NCBI GenBank assembly: GCA_013239625.1
Contig: MU053881.1
Span: 5,913,957 to 5,977,956, forward strand
Reading direction: 5' to 3'
Length of the DNA: 64,000 bases
Source of the DNA: Lama guanicoe
Taxonomy: Eukaryota
Shown piece after piece: positions 21,056-34,623 of the stretch. Each line of letters starts with the position of its first letter. Position 1 is the stretch's first letter. The translations under genes were made by a program, and so were the position numbers. Below the pieces are notes generated by a model. It did no database searches. It saw only the letters and a list, made by a program, of their open reading frames with translations, and was not told the DNA's origin.

Positions 21056-24000
21056 AGGTTTATAACTTGCAAGGGGAGGGGCCTCATTCACACTTCCAGG
21101 TTCCCTTCTCTCCCATCCTGAGCGGCTTCTCTCTTCTCCAGGCCAAACAGAAGCAAAGATACCATAGGTTACAGGCAAGCGGTCAAGGCTGTGGTCATTT
21201 CCCTTTAATTAGAGAGATTATTGTTGTTGTGCATAATTGAACACCCACGTACAGTAGAGTTCTCTGCTATGCACAAATTATATCACTGAAATGAGTCATC
21301 AGACCCATGAGAGAGAAATTACCACCCCCATTTTACAGATGAGGAAAGCTGAGGCTTAAGTAACTTGCCCAAGGTCACCCACTAGGGTGACAGATTGTCA
21401 TTCTTTTCTTCATAAGCCTCACTTTCTCTGGTGATTCTAGTTATTAACTTAACATGTGCTTGTCTTCTTGAAATTAAGGTACAGTGACTATAGGTGATTG
21501 GCTTAAAAACAAAACAAAACAAAAGAAAACAAAACCAACCTTGAAAAGCTCAAGAGTTCCAAAAGTACAAAAAGATGCTAAAAAGGATCTAGAAACTCCC
21601 AAAAGAGGCTGGTACCATTCCATTGACCGGAAACCACTGTTACCTTGATAAAACATGAAATTTACATTATCTGGCTTTTTGGAAAGACTGGCTGTAGGCA
21701 CAGTAATCCAGAACTTGCTCGAGTCTAAATAAATGAGGTGATTGCCAGAGATTTGGCCCAGAGGAAGGATTATGGTTTGTCTTGTGTTCCTGTTTTAGGA
21801 AGACTTTAGTTTTTGTAAGCCTGGAAGAATCCACCGTGAAGGGAAGGGAAGGAGGACTGAACGGAAAGGAGGTGGGAAAAGGTGAATAAACATGAAATCC
21901 CCACTAAGAGGCCTGCTGGCTTTCGTCACATCACCTCCCTGTGCGTCAGTGTCCTGTAAAATGGGACCGAGGGTTGTAACGCCCGCCACGCAGAACTACC
22001 AGTGCTGAGGACCATGTAAGATGGAATCCAGGTGTGCCACGTGCCTGAGCCCGAGGTAAGAGCTATGTCTGCCTTCTCCTGGGTCATTCCCGTAGTGGTC
22101 CTATGAGGAGAGTGCAGTTTTGAGGATTTAATGACATTGTGAATTTGGCCGAAATGGGTGTTTAAAAGCAGACTAGTAAAGGTGCCTGAATTGGGAAGAT
22201 GCCAGAGAAGGAAGAAGGATGATGTACTTTGTGTTCAAGACTTGGTGTAACAAGGTGTCTTAGTTTGATCCTCTGAACAACTGGGTCAAGTTGGTGGTGT
22301 GATGTTCCCTTCTAGAGACATGGAAGGAAGCCTGAGGGAAGTGCAGCCACCAGCTCATGTTCACGTAGGAATCAGGTCCAGGTCTTCTGGACTATAAAGC
22401 CCGGGGGATCTTGGAGAACAGGGCTGGTAAATCCCACAAAGGACCTCTGGCCAGAGGATGGGAGGGCCTTCACTCTTAGCCAGGATGCTCGGAGAGGCTG
22501 GGGCCTTCCAAGCCAGGAGAGTGGTGGCTGTCGGAAGCAAGGACACAGTTCAGATCTCGGGGTAACATCAGAGAAATGCACCTCCTGGGTCAGCAGTGTC
22601 CTGATTACAAGCCTGTTCGCCTCTGTTAAATATAATCCACATTAGGCCATTTTAACTCAGCAGAGGGGTAGAAAACAGGTTTCAAGAACAGCCTGAGCCA
22701 AGCCAGGCTGCAAAAGAATCCACATTTCACATTTCTTTAGGTTTAAATAGTTACCTGGAGTGTTTAAAACCTTCAGAACTGGTGGTGGCGGCGGCTGGGG
22801 GTACAGGTACAGAGCCCAGAATGGAGACAGAGCGATTCTGGATGCTGGTACAGCTCTTCTGCCAAGAATATCTCCCTGCCTGGAACAGTTATAAATGCAA
22901 GGGAGTATTTTATGGTTTGTCTCTTTGTTTGCCAATTTTAAAGAAATCTCGATGTAGAAAGTTTGAAAAACACAGCGAACTATAAAGAGGTGGGGAACAA
23001 AATCGCCCATAATCCTATCAGCCAGTAATAACCACTTCACGTTGTGGTCTTTCTCTCTCTCGGGTTTCTTTTCTGGGCTTTTATTTTTAAAATGAATGTG
23101 ATACCTGGCTCCAGACCTATCCGCTTCCCAGACTGGAGGAGATGAGGCCCGTTCCATTCTGTAGCTATATACATTTCTAATTATAAAATGCAATATGCTC
23201 ATTAGAGAAACATCTAAAAATTTCGTGAAAATTTCAAGAGGAAAATTGAAGCAAAACCCCACCACCCAGAGAATTAACCTGGGGGTGAACTTCCTTCCTG
23301 TCTTTTTGCCTGTGCATGTCTTTAAGTATCATATCTATTTCTTTAACCTAATTTTGCATTCTGTTTTCTCTTATTAGCATCATACCATCAACATTTCTCA
23401 CGTTATTGCACACTCTCCATAAACATTTATCCTTCAAGGCTACATCATATTCCTTGGGACGGCTATAATGTAACGCATTTAACTGTTTTATTGATGGAGA
23501 ACATTTCATTTTCTGTGAATCCTTCTTTTTGAAAATCTTGGCCCACAGTGCTTTTCTTTCTTCAGGGCTGAGTCCTTCAAGCTGAATTACGGGGTGAAAG
23601 AGCATAAGTCTTTGAGCAGGTGTGACTCTTTTCATACGTACTGCCACGCTGTCCTTTGGAAAGTTGGTAACGAGAGCAGTGTGGGGGAAACACTCCTTTC
23701 ATCATCCCCTTGACGGCTCTGCCCAGTTCACTTTGTTAAAAAACTGTTGCTATTCAATAGGTGAATTATTATTACAGAGCTGGGATCCAAAATAGCTGTT
23801 GCCTTTACTAGGCATGGCTGTGCAATTCTTGACCCAGTTTCCCCATTCCTATCATAAATGTTCCTTAAATTTGGAAGTGCTCAACGTTGGAAGTGCTGGT
23901 TAAAATTCCAGTTTTAGCTCTTAAAGCTTCTGTTTCCCCATCTGTAGAATGGGAATAGTATCTCACTTAGAGAAGCATCGTGATGATTAAAGAAACAAGA

Positions 24001-24249
24001 CAGAATGAAACAGTAACACCAATAAAAACATGAAAATCACTTAGCACCATGGCAGCCGATCCTGGATGAATGTCGCCTTCTTTCCTCTTCTTTATTCCTC
24101 AACTTTGGAAACCATCTGAAAAGTCAGGAAAAGTAGCCTTGAAATACCAGATTTCTAGTTGAGGAAACCAAAGCTTGGAAAAGCGAAGTAACTTTTCTAA
24201 AGTCACGATGGCGAGGAAATGACCAAGTGAGATCCACACCACAGTCTCA

Positions 24250-24480
24250 AAGAGGGGTTTCACCAGGCAGCTGCCGGGCTGAGTATGCTCTGCACATCTG
24301 TTTTATTTGGCCCACAGAGCCAGAGTAAGAAAATAGGATAAAATCAAATAAAGCCAACGTTGGAAATGAGATTTCACATCCACATAAGATTTCTGGTTTC
24401 TCTTGAGAAATCATTAGATCTGGGGGCTGGGGAGGGCCGAGCTGAGTGGCGACTGGCCCCTTTGCAAGGGCCACGCACCT
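24250..24480 (+). mobile_element. MER102-like hAT-Charlie element
   Basis: 'gcacatctgttttatttggcccacag...gagatttcacat...gatttctggtttctcttgagaaatc...gagctgagtggcgactggcccctttg'. Confidence 0.75.
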
Positions 24481-27252
24481 CCAGCCCACCAGGTCTGCTC
24501 TGGGTGTGTGCAGGCTGCCAGCTCCTGCCTGGCTCCCTGTGCCTTGGAGTTGGCGACTCCTGCTCTGACCCGCGCTGACATTGCGTCCGGGGCTTCTGGC
24601 TGCCCCGCCCCAGGCCACACGCTCCAGGCTAAGCTGGGACTGCAAGGCTCGGGGCTGAGATGCCTCGAGGATTGCCCACCGAGCTGGGTCCAGGAATGTG
24701 AACGCGCATTGTTCCCCACCCAGCCGCATGCATGCGGGGTGAGCTCACCCTGGCCCGCTGCCTCCTTCCCCCAATCTCTCCAATTAAAAACATATTACCT
24801 TCCCGCTCCGCCCGGAGCAGCCCTGGGCCGCAGCTTTATTTTATAAACACATTTAGACAAGTTCAAAAAGGAATGATTCATACTGGACCTGAGCACTCCG
24901 AAACGCCAGGGCTGCTGAGCATTTTCGCAGGGAAAGCATCTTGAGCGGGACCAGGCCTGGCCCTCGGGGGGTATCCTCTCTCCGGCTCCAAGGCCAGGGA
25001 TTACCTGCCCGCAGCTGGAAGGACTTACCCACAAGGCCACCTTTCGGCACCCCCAGCCCAGATCCAGCCACCATGGGCTTCTGGAGGAGAAGGATGCAGA
25101 CCTGGCTCCTCCCCACCCAGAGGCCTCCTTTCATCCCCCCCCACCCCCGCACATGCTCCCCTCCCAGCCAGGCTTCCTCCTCCTCTGTTCCTCCTTTCTC
25201 CTGTGCGGCCCATCCCCCAGCAGGCTCCCAGACTCGCCCTCCTACCCTGGATTTGAATTCCCCCTTTCCACACACCCCACTGAGGATTCCTAGAGGGTGG
25301 GCCCTGGAGGGTCTTTTACACTCCTGTCCACAGTGTCCAGCTCAGCGCTGGGCGCACAGAGAAGCACAAGGCAGGTGCCGGGGGAACAGTAATAGTAACA
25401 GCGAGGCTCCTGAGCGCCGTGACTGAGTGCCAGGACCGGTCCTGAGACATCTGCTTGTCTTCTTTCATTTAATTCTCACAAGAACCCAGTGAAGTAGGTG
25501 CTGTTTGCTATAAACCCATTTGCACGGATGAGGAAATTGAAGATTCGATTTCAGCTGAACTCTGCCCGTGGGGCTCTGGCTTAGCTGTCACAAACGGAGG
25601 GGCCCTGCGATGATGCGGCCTTGTCACCTGATTTTTACAGATGGGGAAACTGATGCCTAGAGAGGAAGAGGGATTTCCCCCAAGATTGTAAGAGGATGGA
25701 GGGACCCTAGCACCGCGCCATGCCTCTGGCATCACGCCTTACACACAGCAGGAGTTTGGTGAAACCTCTTGAATGAATGAACAAATGACTGTATGCATGT
25801 TTTTTTGTGCAGCCTTCCTGCTTGGACCATAACTATTGTGACAGTGTCTTACTCACATCTGAGTCCCCGTGCCTCGCGCCAGACCCACGATGAACGTCCT
25901 CTGTCAGTATCCGTGGAAGGGAAGAATCAGTCTCTTGTTGTGTCTTGATTCACTACAGCTTAACTCTTAATTCTCGCTTCACGGTGTCTGGGTTTTAGTT
26001 TGCTGTCCGCAACTGGAGGGTGAGGAATGGACCTTCTCCCTCCCTTGTAGAGGAGGCCGAGCTCGGCATGCAGAGGTGCTCAGTCCCCTTATTCTTGCCC
26101 TCGTTACTACGTACGGAGCACTCACTATGTACTGGGCGCTGTGCCGGGTGCTGGCCAAGCATGGTGATACAAAGGCAACTCCAGCTGTGACCTGCCCCCC
26201 ACCAGGAATCGCCTCTAGAGCACCCCACAGTGGCACCTCTGCTTCTGCCCACGGTGGCTGTGATGGGCAGGGCCGCCAGCTGGGGCCCCCTCTAACTGTG
26301 GGGAGTCTAGGATGAGGACCTATTCCGAAGTCCATCATCTCCGCTGCCCGTTCTTTGCTGGTCCTCTGAAGCCCAGTCTGTCCAGTGGTGCCAGTCCACA
26401 GGAGGAGGAGGCTGCCAGCCGGATTCTGCTCACTCATCTAGTCATTCAACAAACATTTATTGAATGCCTTCTGTGTCTGTGTGCCAAGTCCCATGGTTGT
26501 AAGAGATATCCTGTCCCTGGGATCATCCTTGCTAGAAATGTCTGCGTAGGTCAGAAGGGGTTGGAGCCAAGTGACCAAACTTAGCTTGGCTGAGGCCAGG
26601 GCGGGGAGTTTATTGTCACCTGTCACCACACACAGGGATGGCCTCGGGCACTGCTGAGAGTCCTTCTCTACCTCACTTGTCTTTGGTTCCTTGTCTCCTT
26701 CTCAGAGCTGACTTTTCTTGCCCTGAGAAGATGTGGCCGCTGTCAAAATCAGGGTTCACAGATGCCCAGCGTCACCCCTTTGCAGCGCTAACTAGAAAGT
26801 TCCCAGGGAGGCTGAGAACAGAAGAGAAGGGACTGCTCAGATGACATAACAGAATGGCTCCAAGAACCTAACTTCTGTGTTGTTATTCTGGCCCATTTCA
26901 TCTTGATTCCTATACCTGTGGTCCATGGACAATTTGATAGTAAGGTGAATGAGTAAATTTTTTTTTAATTGAGAAGGATACTCAAGGGGGTCTCACAGAA
27001 TTCAGAGGCGTGAAGGAATGTTACAGGAAGCGGGGACCCCAGCAGCCAGGGGCCTTCAGTTTCAGAGTTAACGAACCTCCCCCCAGCATCACATTTTATG
27101 TGACTCTGTCCAATAGCTGCCGTTCTCTGCGATCCCAACAACTGAATTTCTAATTTGTGGGGGACAGTTGGAGTGGACTTTGTGGGGGTCACATGCTCCT
27201 CTTGCACCAAAGAGCAGGGCCAGGAGGTGCCGTCACATGGTACCAGTATGAC

Positions 27253-28045
27253 AGCAGGAACTGGTACGTTGCTGGTGGGAATGCCACGTGGTGCAGCCAC
27301 CTTGAAGAGAGTTTGGCAGTTTCTTATAAAACTAAGCACAGTCTTCCCAGACCATCCAGGAATCCTGTTGCTTGGTATTTACCCAACTGACCTGAAGACT
27401 TACATCGCCACAAAAAAACGGCACACGAATGTTTATGGCAGTTACATTCCTGACTGCCCAAACCCGGAAGCAAGCAAGCTGTCCTTCAGGAGGTGAATGG
27501 ATAAGCAGTGGTACATCCAGGTAATGGACTATTATTCAGCACCAAAAAGAAAGGCGCTTTCAAGCCACAAAAGGACGTGGAGGAAACTTAAATACATATT
27601 GCTAACCAAGAGGGGTCAATCTGCAAAGCCTACGTACTGTGTGATTACAACTATATGACAACCTGGAAAAGGCAAAACTATGGAGACCGTAAAAAGATCA
27701 GGGGCTGTCAGGGGTCGGAGGGAGGGAGGGATGAGTCAGTGGAGAACAGAGGACTTTCAGGGCAGTGAAATGTCTCTGTATGATACTGCGATGGTGGACA
27801 CAGGTCATCACACATTTGTCCAAACCCATAGAGTGAACAACATCAAGAGTGAGCCCTGATGTAAACTCTGGCCTCTGGGTGACAGTGGAGCATCGATGCG
27901 GGGTCATCAGCTGTAACTCTGGTGCGGGATGTTGATAGTGGAGGAGGTTATCTGGTGGCGGGGGGAGAGGGGTATGGAAACTCTCTACTTTTTGCTCAGT
28001 TTTGCTGTGAAATCTAAAACTACTCTAAAAAAACTAAAGTCTAAC
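27253..28045 (+). mobile_element. L1MC1/2-like LINE-1, ORF2 end plus 3' UTR
   Basis: Degenerate ORF2 C-terminus (AATLKRVWQFLIKL...LLGIYPTDLKTY); 3' UTR 'ggaaaaggcaaaactatggagaccgtaaaaagatcag'. Confidence 0.88.
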
Positions 28046-28689
28046 TCATGTAAAAAAGTAACAACCTGCCTATGGGCTGGATGGGGCCTGAGGGTCAGCT
28101 GGCTACCAGCATGTGACCCTTGACAAACTGACCCTACCTTTTCAAACCCACACACCACTTGGTTTCAAGACTTCCTCTTTCCCACCAAGTGTGCATGTGA
28201 AGTGAGGATGTTTTCATGCTCCGAGGGCGTGGTCACCATCGGAGATGCCCGTGCCTGCCTGTTAGATGTCCTGATTGGCACAAAGTTACAAAAGCAGCCA
28301 TAAAGAGGTAAGACAGTTGTAGGCCACAGCCCAGGCATCCTGTCTGGGGTTGAGTAGCAAGTCGTTAGGCTTTCTGGGATAAAGGATAGTTCAGGACCTC
28401 ACCACTGCCTTCCTGAACCCTGGAGTGTCTAGGCTGGAACGTTCGTGGTAATTAAGGAAACAAGAGAATCGTGAGTTGGGACCATCTTCCTCGGTCCCAG
28501 GTGTGGAGACAGGGGCCTTATCCTGCGGGCAGGAGCCTGTGGAGGGGGCGGTGTCTGCTGGTCCACGGTGCAGAAGCGTGTGTGCTGCTCCGAGGACCAA
28601 CGTGAAGCTGGTTGGAAGGCTTTGTAGGATCCTGCGCCAAGACCAAACAAATTCCACCCGCAAGAGTTCCATCTGCCTGGGTCTCAGAA

Positions 28690-29255
28690 TCACACCAACA
28701 TGCTACTTCAGCTCGGTGGTCAAGGTCACCTGCAGCTGTCACGAATCATGCTGAGAGAATGCACTCTTAGGGTGCGACGGAAATGGGACTGGACCTGCGT
28801 GATCTCTCTCTTCAAGACCTACAAAGTCTAATGGTGAGGAACATCAGACAAACTTCAGATGAGGGGCCTCCTGCAAAGTACCTGACCAGGAATCGTCAAA
28901 ACTGGCAGGTCAGCAGAAACAAGGGAAGTCTGAGATGCCTCCACAGCCAAGAGGAGCCTAAGGAGGCGTGACGACTAACTGTTATTTGGTGTCTTGGATG
29001 AGATCCTGCAATAGAAAACGGACACTGGGTAAAACCTGTAAAAATCCAAATAAACTATGGACTTTAGTTAATAATGATGTATGGGTGTTGATCCATTAAT
29101 TGTAACCAAGCTGCCACTCTAATGTAAGATGTTAATAAAGGGAAAGGGTGCAGGTGGAAGAGGGTGGTGTAGACGTCTCTGTACTATTTACTCAGTTTTT
29201 TTGGAATCTGAAGCTGTTCTAAGAAAAGTAACGGTTAAGAATTAATAAAGTCTAT
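28690..29255 (+). mobile_element. L1MC3/L1MC4-like 3' UTR
   Basis: 'cagccaagaggagcctaaggaggcgtgacgactaa', 'taaactatggactttagttaataat'. Confidence 0.78.
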
Positions 29256-29284
29256 TCGTTTTTAAAAACCACACACACAGCGAG

Positions 29285-29510
29285 GACTTTGGGTCTGATA
29301 GCTTGGGTTCACATGCTTGATTTAATAATACAACTTTTGGCTGTGTGACCTTGGGCGAGTTATTTTAACCCCTTTAAGCCTCTGTTTCATCGTTTGCAGT
29401 TAAGGACTTTTCAACTCACTGGGTCGTTTGGAGAATAAAAGAATACAGGGTCCATGAAGGGCTTGGCACAGTGCCTGGCACATACATTAAATGATAACTA
29501 TTATTATAGA
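29285..29510 (+). mobile_element. MIR SINE
   Basis: 'gctgtgtgaccttgggcgagttattttaacc...gcacagtgcctggcacatac'. Confidence 0.8.
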
Positions 29511-30569
29511 AGTATATTCACGTATACATGTGCCGGAGTTATTATGGGTGCAGGGTATGTTTTTATTATTCTATTTTATTATTTTTTAAAGCAAAAACTG
29601 TCATTTAAAAACTGTCAGCCAGTCCTGTGGCTAGCAGGAACAGTTGTCTGTGTTCATGCCAAAATCCCTTGATTGTTTCCCAATTAGGTGGACGTCAGAC
29701 AAATAGATACTCACTGTCAGGGTTTGACTTGGGGTTTTAGTGGGGAGGGGTCGCTATTTGTCTTCTTTGGAGCCTGGGCTTTTGTTTTTTAGTGGGCTCA
29801 GTCCCCCCCCCACCTCATCCACTGTGCTCAAGGGTCACTGGGAGGAGGTGAGCCAGTTCGCACACAGGCCAAGAGGGCCTCTGGAAGAAGAGGGACTGAA
29901 GCCCTGACATTGACCTTGAAGGTCCAAAACCTTGAGAAGGGACTCTTGATCAGATGCTCCTCATCCAGGAAGGCAGCCTGGCCTGAGAAACAGGGCACCA
30001 CACTGTGGGTGGGGAGGGTGGCTGGGGTGCCAATTCTTGGCACAGCCCCTTCTAGTCCAGCCCCTGGCATCACCTCCCATGGCACAGAGACCCGTGGTGG
30101 CGCACACCACGCGGAAGGATGGGACTTCGGTCCCCATCCCACACTGACAGATGCTGACTCGAGGGGCCCGAGCTTCTGAGGCAATTGGTGCAGCAGACAA
30201 AACTGGACACGGTCCTGGTTTCCTGGGTGGTGGGGGGTACCTCCTGCCACGATACACGGGATGAGAGGGACTTTGCCTCAAAGTCTGTCTGTTTCTGCAG
30301 GAACACCATGTGGTGGTGATAGCTGCAGCTGAGGGCATGGTCAGATTTCTTCATTTCCTTTTCTAAACGATAGCAGAGATCTTACCAGGTCTTACCCCCC
30401 AGATCACATAGGCCCTGGACCACTGGATCATAATAGAAGGGCCACTGGGGAAGAATAACTTTTCTCTCAATGAGCAGAAGTTGCTGTCATTGAGTCATTA
30501 AGAGAAATGTGACTTCATCTTGTGCCTTGGGCTGGAGAAATGGACTTACTGGTTACCTGCATAAATATC

Positions 30570-30795
30570 CACACACACAGACATTTTAAACCCATTTATA
30601 AACATGCACATGTGTGGACACACACACATATACACATGCTTATACACACGTACACACATCCACATATATACACACAGACATACATGCACGCACCCACATA
30701 CATGCATACACACACTCCACACACATGCTTATACACACACATCCACATACGCCCACGTCCATAAACACATAACACACATGCAGGTGCAGACACGT
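30570..30795. repeat. Long degenerate (CA/TA)n purine-pyrimidine tract
   Basis: About 225 bp of interrupted CACATA/CACACG; source of the His/Thr-rich and Cys/Val-rich ORFs. Confidence 0.92.
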
Positions 30796-32169
30796 GCTGC
30801 CCACTCTGCTTATTGTCTTGGCAAGAAAAGTTCTTGCCTTTTTTGCACTCCGCTTTTCTTTCCAAGTCTGGGATTCTTGGAAAGGGTTTGCAGCGCCGGT
30901 GGGGGAGGGAGAAGGAGCAGGGGAGTGGCAGGCCATGTGGAGAGAAGCTAATTTGTTTCTGCAGTCGACAGATGGGGTGAGGACAAATTACGCAGTGGGT
31001 ATTAAAACTCCTTTCTAAATTCAACAATATTTGCAAACTGATATGAGCCCCCCAGAAGCAATAAGAGAAAGTGTACAATCTGAGACCCAATTCCAAACTC
31101 TCTTAAAAGGTGGGGCTATTTAAAAATCTGTAATGCATGCCTTGCCTGGAGTGCATATGCCCCCAAGGAAATACTGGCCACAACCTGACTGTGGCCACTA
31201 GGAAAAAAATAGGATACATCATGGTTGTACAGAGAGTTTTCTGCCACAAATAGATATGAGACTTTTCGGATATTCTACAATGAGTAAGTTTAAGGCTTAT
31301 AGAAGCAACAACTATTGGTCTTTTTTTCTTTTTAGTCATTGTAAAAACAGTATGTGTTTGTTGTAGGAAACAGAAAAATGGAAAGACCGAAAGTCGCTCT
31401 ACCCAGAGAGAACTGGTGTTATTTTAAATAAATGTTTCTAAAATATTGTTAACATATACACCCACCATATCTTTCTCCCCATGTAGATACAGCTATCTGT
31501 ATACTTGAACATATTGGTTTGTAGTTTGCTTTTTCATTTAATGACAGATGCAAAATATTTTCTTGTTTTTCATATCATTTCAAGTAACCAAGATGACCAT
31601 CTCTGCCAGCACAGACACACAGATCTTCTCAAGATCTCAAGATTCAAGAACACTTAGGGAAGAGAACCAAACCGGCTGCCCCACCCCCACCCTCATCTAA
31701 CCACCTCCATCCCCAGAGAGGAGGGGGCAGCCATCGCGAACCTGGATGTTCAGCATCCTCGGAACACGCGTGCACATCTGGAGGAATGGTTACCAAGATT
31801 AATGTCATGCTCAGTGTCAGAACTCCCTCTGACATTTCCTCAGTTTATCCAAACAATTTAGGGGAGCCCTCTGGGGCTTCGGAACCACGCTCTGCAGTGC
31901 GAGGCCAACACTTAACCTCTTGAATTCTCATCTCCCTGGAGACACACGTGCACGTTTTATTCTTTAATTGCTAAAACAATGAGGTCGTGTACCAAACGGA
32001 AACAGCGAGAACATGAAAGAATTTAAGGCAAGAATGCAAAAAAGGAAAATCCGGACACTTTGGGCTAATGGGAATTGTAATGCTTCTAACTAGGGTTTGA
32101 GAGCCAGAAGGAAATAGAAACTAAAAGATTAAAAAAAAAAAAGTGTTTTTGAAACCATTATGTGTATTA

Positions 32170-32515
32170 ACCAGGATCTGGAACCAAATGAAGTTCTTTA
32201 AACATGACTCAGAGAATATTTTGTTACCTTGCTTCCCCTGCTAGCTGAGGTTTAGTTTGGTTTTAAACCAGTTAACTGCTATTTAGAAATTATTTCTCTC
32301 TGTGGATAATGCATGCCATGTAACTAATGCATCTTCCATATTGCTTTGGCTGCCAGGGGGCTCAGGAACTCAAATTACTATATAGGTCTTGTATATTTAT
32401 GTTGTAATATTCCCTCTGGTTTTGATTTTTTTCCCCCTGATCCTGGTTTTTATCTACTTAGATTTTTGTTTTATTGCATGTATTTCTTGTAAGCCACCTC
32501 AAATCTTTTGTTAGA
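32170..32515 (+). mobile_element. L4 (RTE-X) LINE 3' end
   Basis: 'ttgctttggctgccaggggg' and 'ttttattgcatgtatttcttgtaagccacctcaaatctttt' match my recollection of the L4 terminus. Confidence 0.6.
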
Positions 32516-33859
32516 TAGATCTGTAGATCAAAACAACTTGGATTTGTGGTTCAGTTTAAGAAGAAATGAACATTTTGGTTTGGTTTTGGAGTTCAGCAAA
32601 TTAGTGTGATTAGCTCTGATTTGAGGTTTACAGTTCTATTACGTTAAAGTCCTTGGTATTTAATACATCAAAGAGACTGAGAGCTTGACTTAACCTCCTG
32701 CGTGTTAACACTGCACAGTGCATCTCATGTCTGTTTCCAATGATTCTGGCTGGGGTAAGACGCTCTTCAAGATTCTATCCTGGAATCTTGCTCACCCTCT
32801 AGACTTGGTGGGGTGGATGTGTGAGCGCCGGCTTTCAAACTCAGATGCAATGAAGAATTTAGAAAGGAGAGTGACCCATGAGACTTCAATCTTTCCCTGC
32901 ATTCTCGCTTTTAAAGAGACGAAGGCCCAAGACTTCCGCGCGCAGGAGGGCACTCATCCTTCATTGCAACGTGTTCCATTTGGCAAGACAGCAAGGTGAC
33001 ACCGAGAGGTTCTTGCATCCTGCACGTGTGCACCCTTTCAGGGTCAGGAACCTTCCCACCAGGGGATGGAGACGATCGGGCACAAGAGGGAGCAGAGGCT
33101 CCCCAAGGAAGAGAGAAGATCAGAACACAGCTTAGGCCCGGATTCCAGAGCTTTGACTCTCCGTGTTGGCCCTGGTGGATCCTCCAGGGGTCTTTTGATT
33201 CCATCAAAACCCACTCGTTCATGCTAATGTCTAGACAGAGGCTGTTTGTGGTGGTGGAACAAGGTACCCTGGGTCCTGGGTGCTGCTAAGACACTCACTG
33301 TCAGTCTGAGCTTGGCAGACCCTTCACCGCCCTGTGTCCCCACTTTCTCCCAGGCCAGTGGAAGCGGAGGATACTGAGAAGGGGGAAGCTACACATCTTG
33401 GACCTCCAGTATTTTTCAAAGATCACGTTCGCCCTTTTCCCGGCTTCATCTTTTATTAGCTGTATGACCTTGACCAAGTGACTCTTTCTCTCTGAACCCA
33501 GTTTCCTCATCTGAGAGTAGAAATGATATATTTACCACCGAGCTAATGAGGCTTACGTCTCAGGGTCTCTCCCTTTGCACAGGTCTCCTCTGAGTCCAGG
33601 AAGGAGCCCTGGCCACGTGTTCACATGTTTTAGTAAAATTGAAAAAGAAAGCTATTTTAGTCACAGTTGGTTAAGGACTGCTGTCTCTTTGCACTTGATT
33701 TCCTCTCTGTCACTCTCTGTCACAGTCATTTTGGGATCAGGCAAAGGTAAAGATGAGTAGGGTTACATTTGCTTTGAGTTTAATGGGATATATTTGAGTG
33801 GCTGCCTTCTTAGGGTAGGAATGGCTTCTCAAAATGCTCTACCTCCCCTTGAATACTTC

Positions 33860-34623
33860 TACCTCCCCAGACTAGGAGTCTTAGGATGGAGATGCAGGGC
33901 CAGAGGCCTTTCCCAAACATGAAAGTTTCCTAGTACCCTTTAAGCAGAAGTATGTAGGTAGTGAAGGAAATACAAAGTTTGAAATGTATGGAGCCAGGAG
34001 CTAGTCGGCAGGAAATACTTCCGATCATCGGCCAAGTAAGACTACAAGCAGGACATTTGGTTTTTGTGGATCTCTCATTAAAATAGAAATTCTTTCTTCT
34101 CAGAAACGTGCTTGGTAATGTGGCATACGTGGTTTTAAAAAAATCACTGCTCTCTTTTTCTTTTAATGGGAACTGCATGAAACAGCATTTATTAAATTGG
34201 TAGAGCACAAACCTTTAGCAGAACTACAAACAACTAGTATAATCTTCCATAAATTTGCATATTTTTCATTTCAGCTCTCAACAAAGAAACAAATTTCACC
34301 GAACCAGGCTAGAGGGAAGACTGAATTACCTTTCTATTCTTTCCAGAGGAGAATTACCTTTCTATTCTTTCCATTCCTTGTCATATGAAAAGATGATCAA
34401 ATATGTAGCCCCAACATGTAGAGATAAGTGTATTATAGAGAAGGAATAGGTCGTTAATTAATTTAGAATATTAAGTAAAATTTCTAAATGTTGTGATCTT
34501 TGTGGTACCTGTCAGCTTCTTCAAATACATGCATTGTTGCTTTTCTTCCGCTAAGTAAATACTCCCTTTTGTAGCTCATTTTTATTTGTTAGCTTGAGGT
34601 CCCTCTAAATCTGGCTAGTCTTG
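33860..34623 (+). mobile_element. Zaphod/MER115-like hAT-Tip100 DNA transposon remnant
   Basis: Peptide RNKFHRTRLEGRLNYLSILS...SLSYEKMIK in ORF 34255-34449 resembles the hAT C-terminal dimerisation motif; end 'agcttgaggtccctctaaatctggctagtcttg' resembles the family terminus. Confidence 0.72.

Noticed and set aside
27155..27496. ORF with L1 ORF2-like residues
   Set aside because: Degraded L1 remnant, not a gene; covered by the repeat call.
30522..31096. His/Thr-rich and Cys/Val-rich ORFs
   Set aside because: They translate the degenerate CA repeat.
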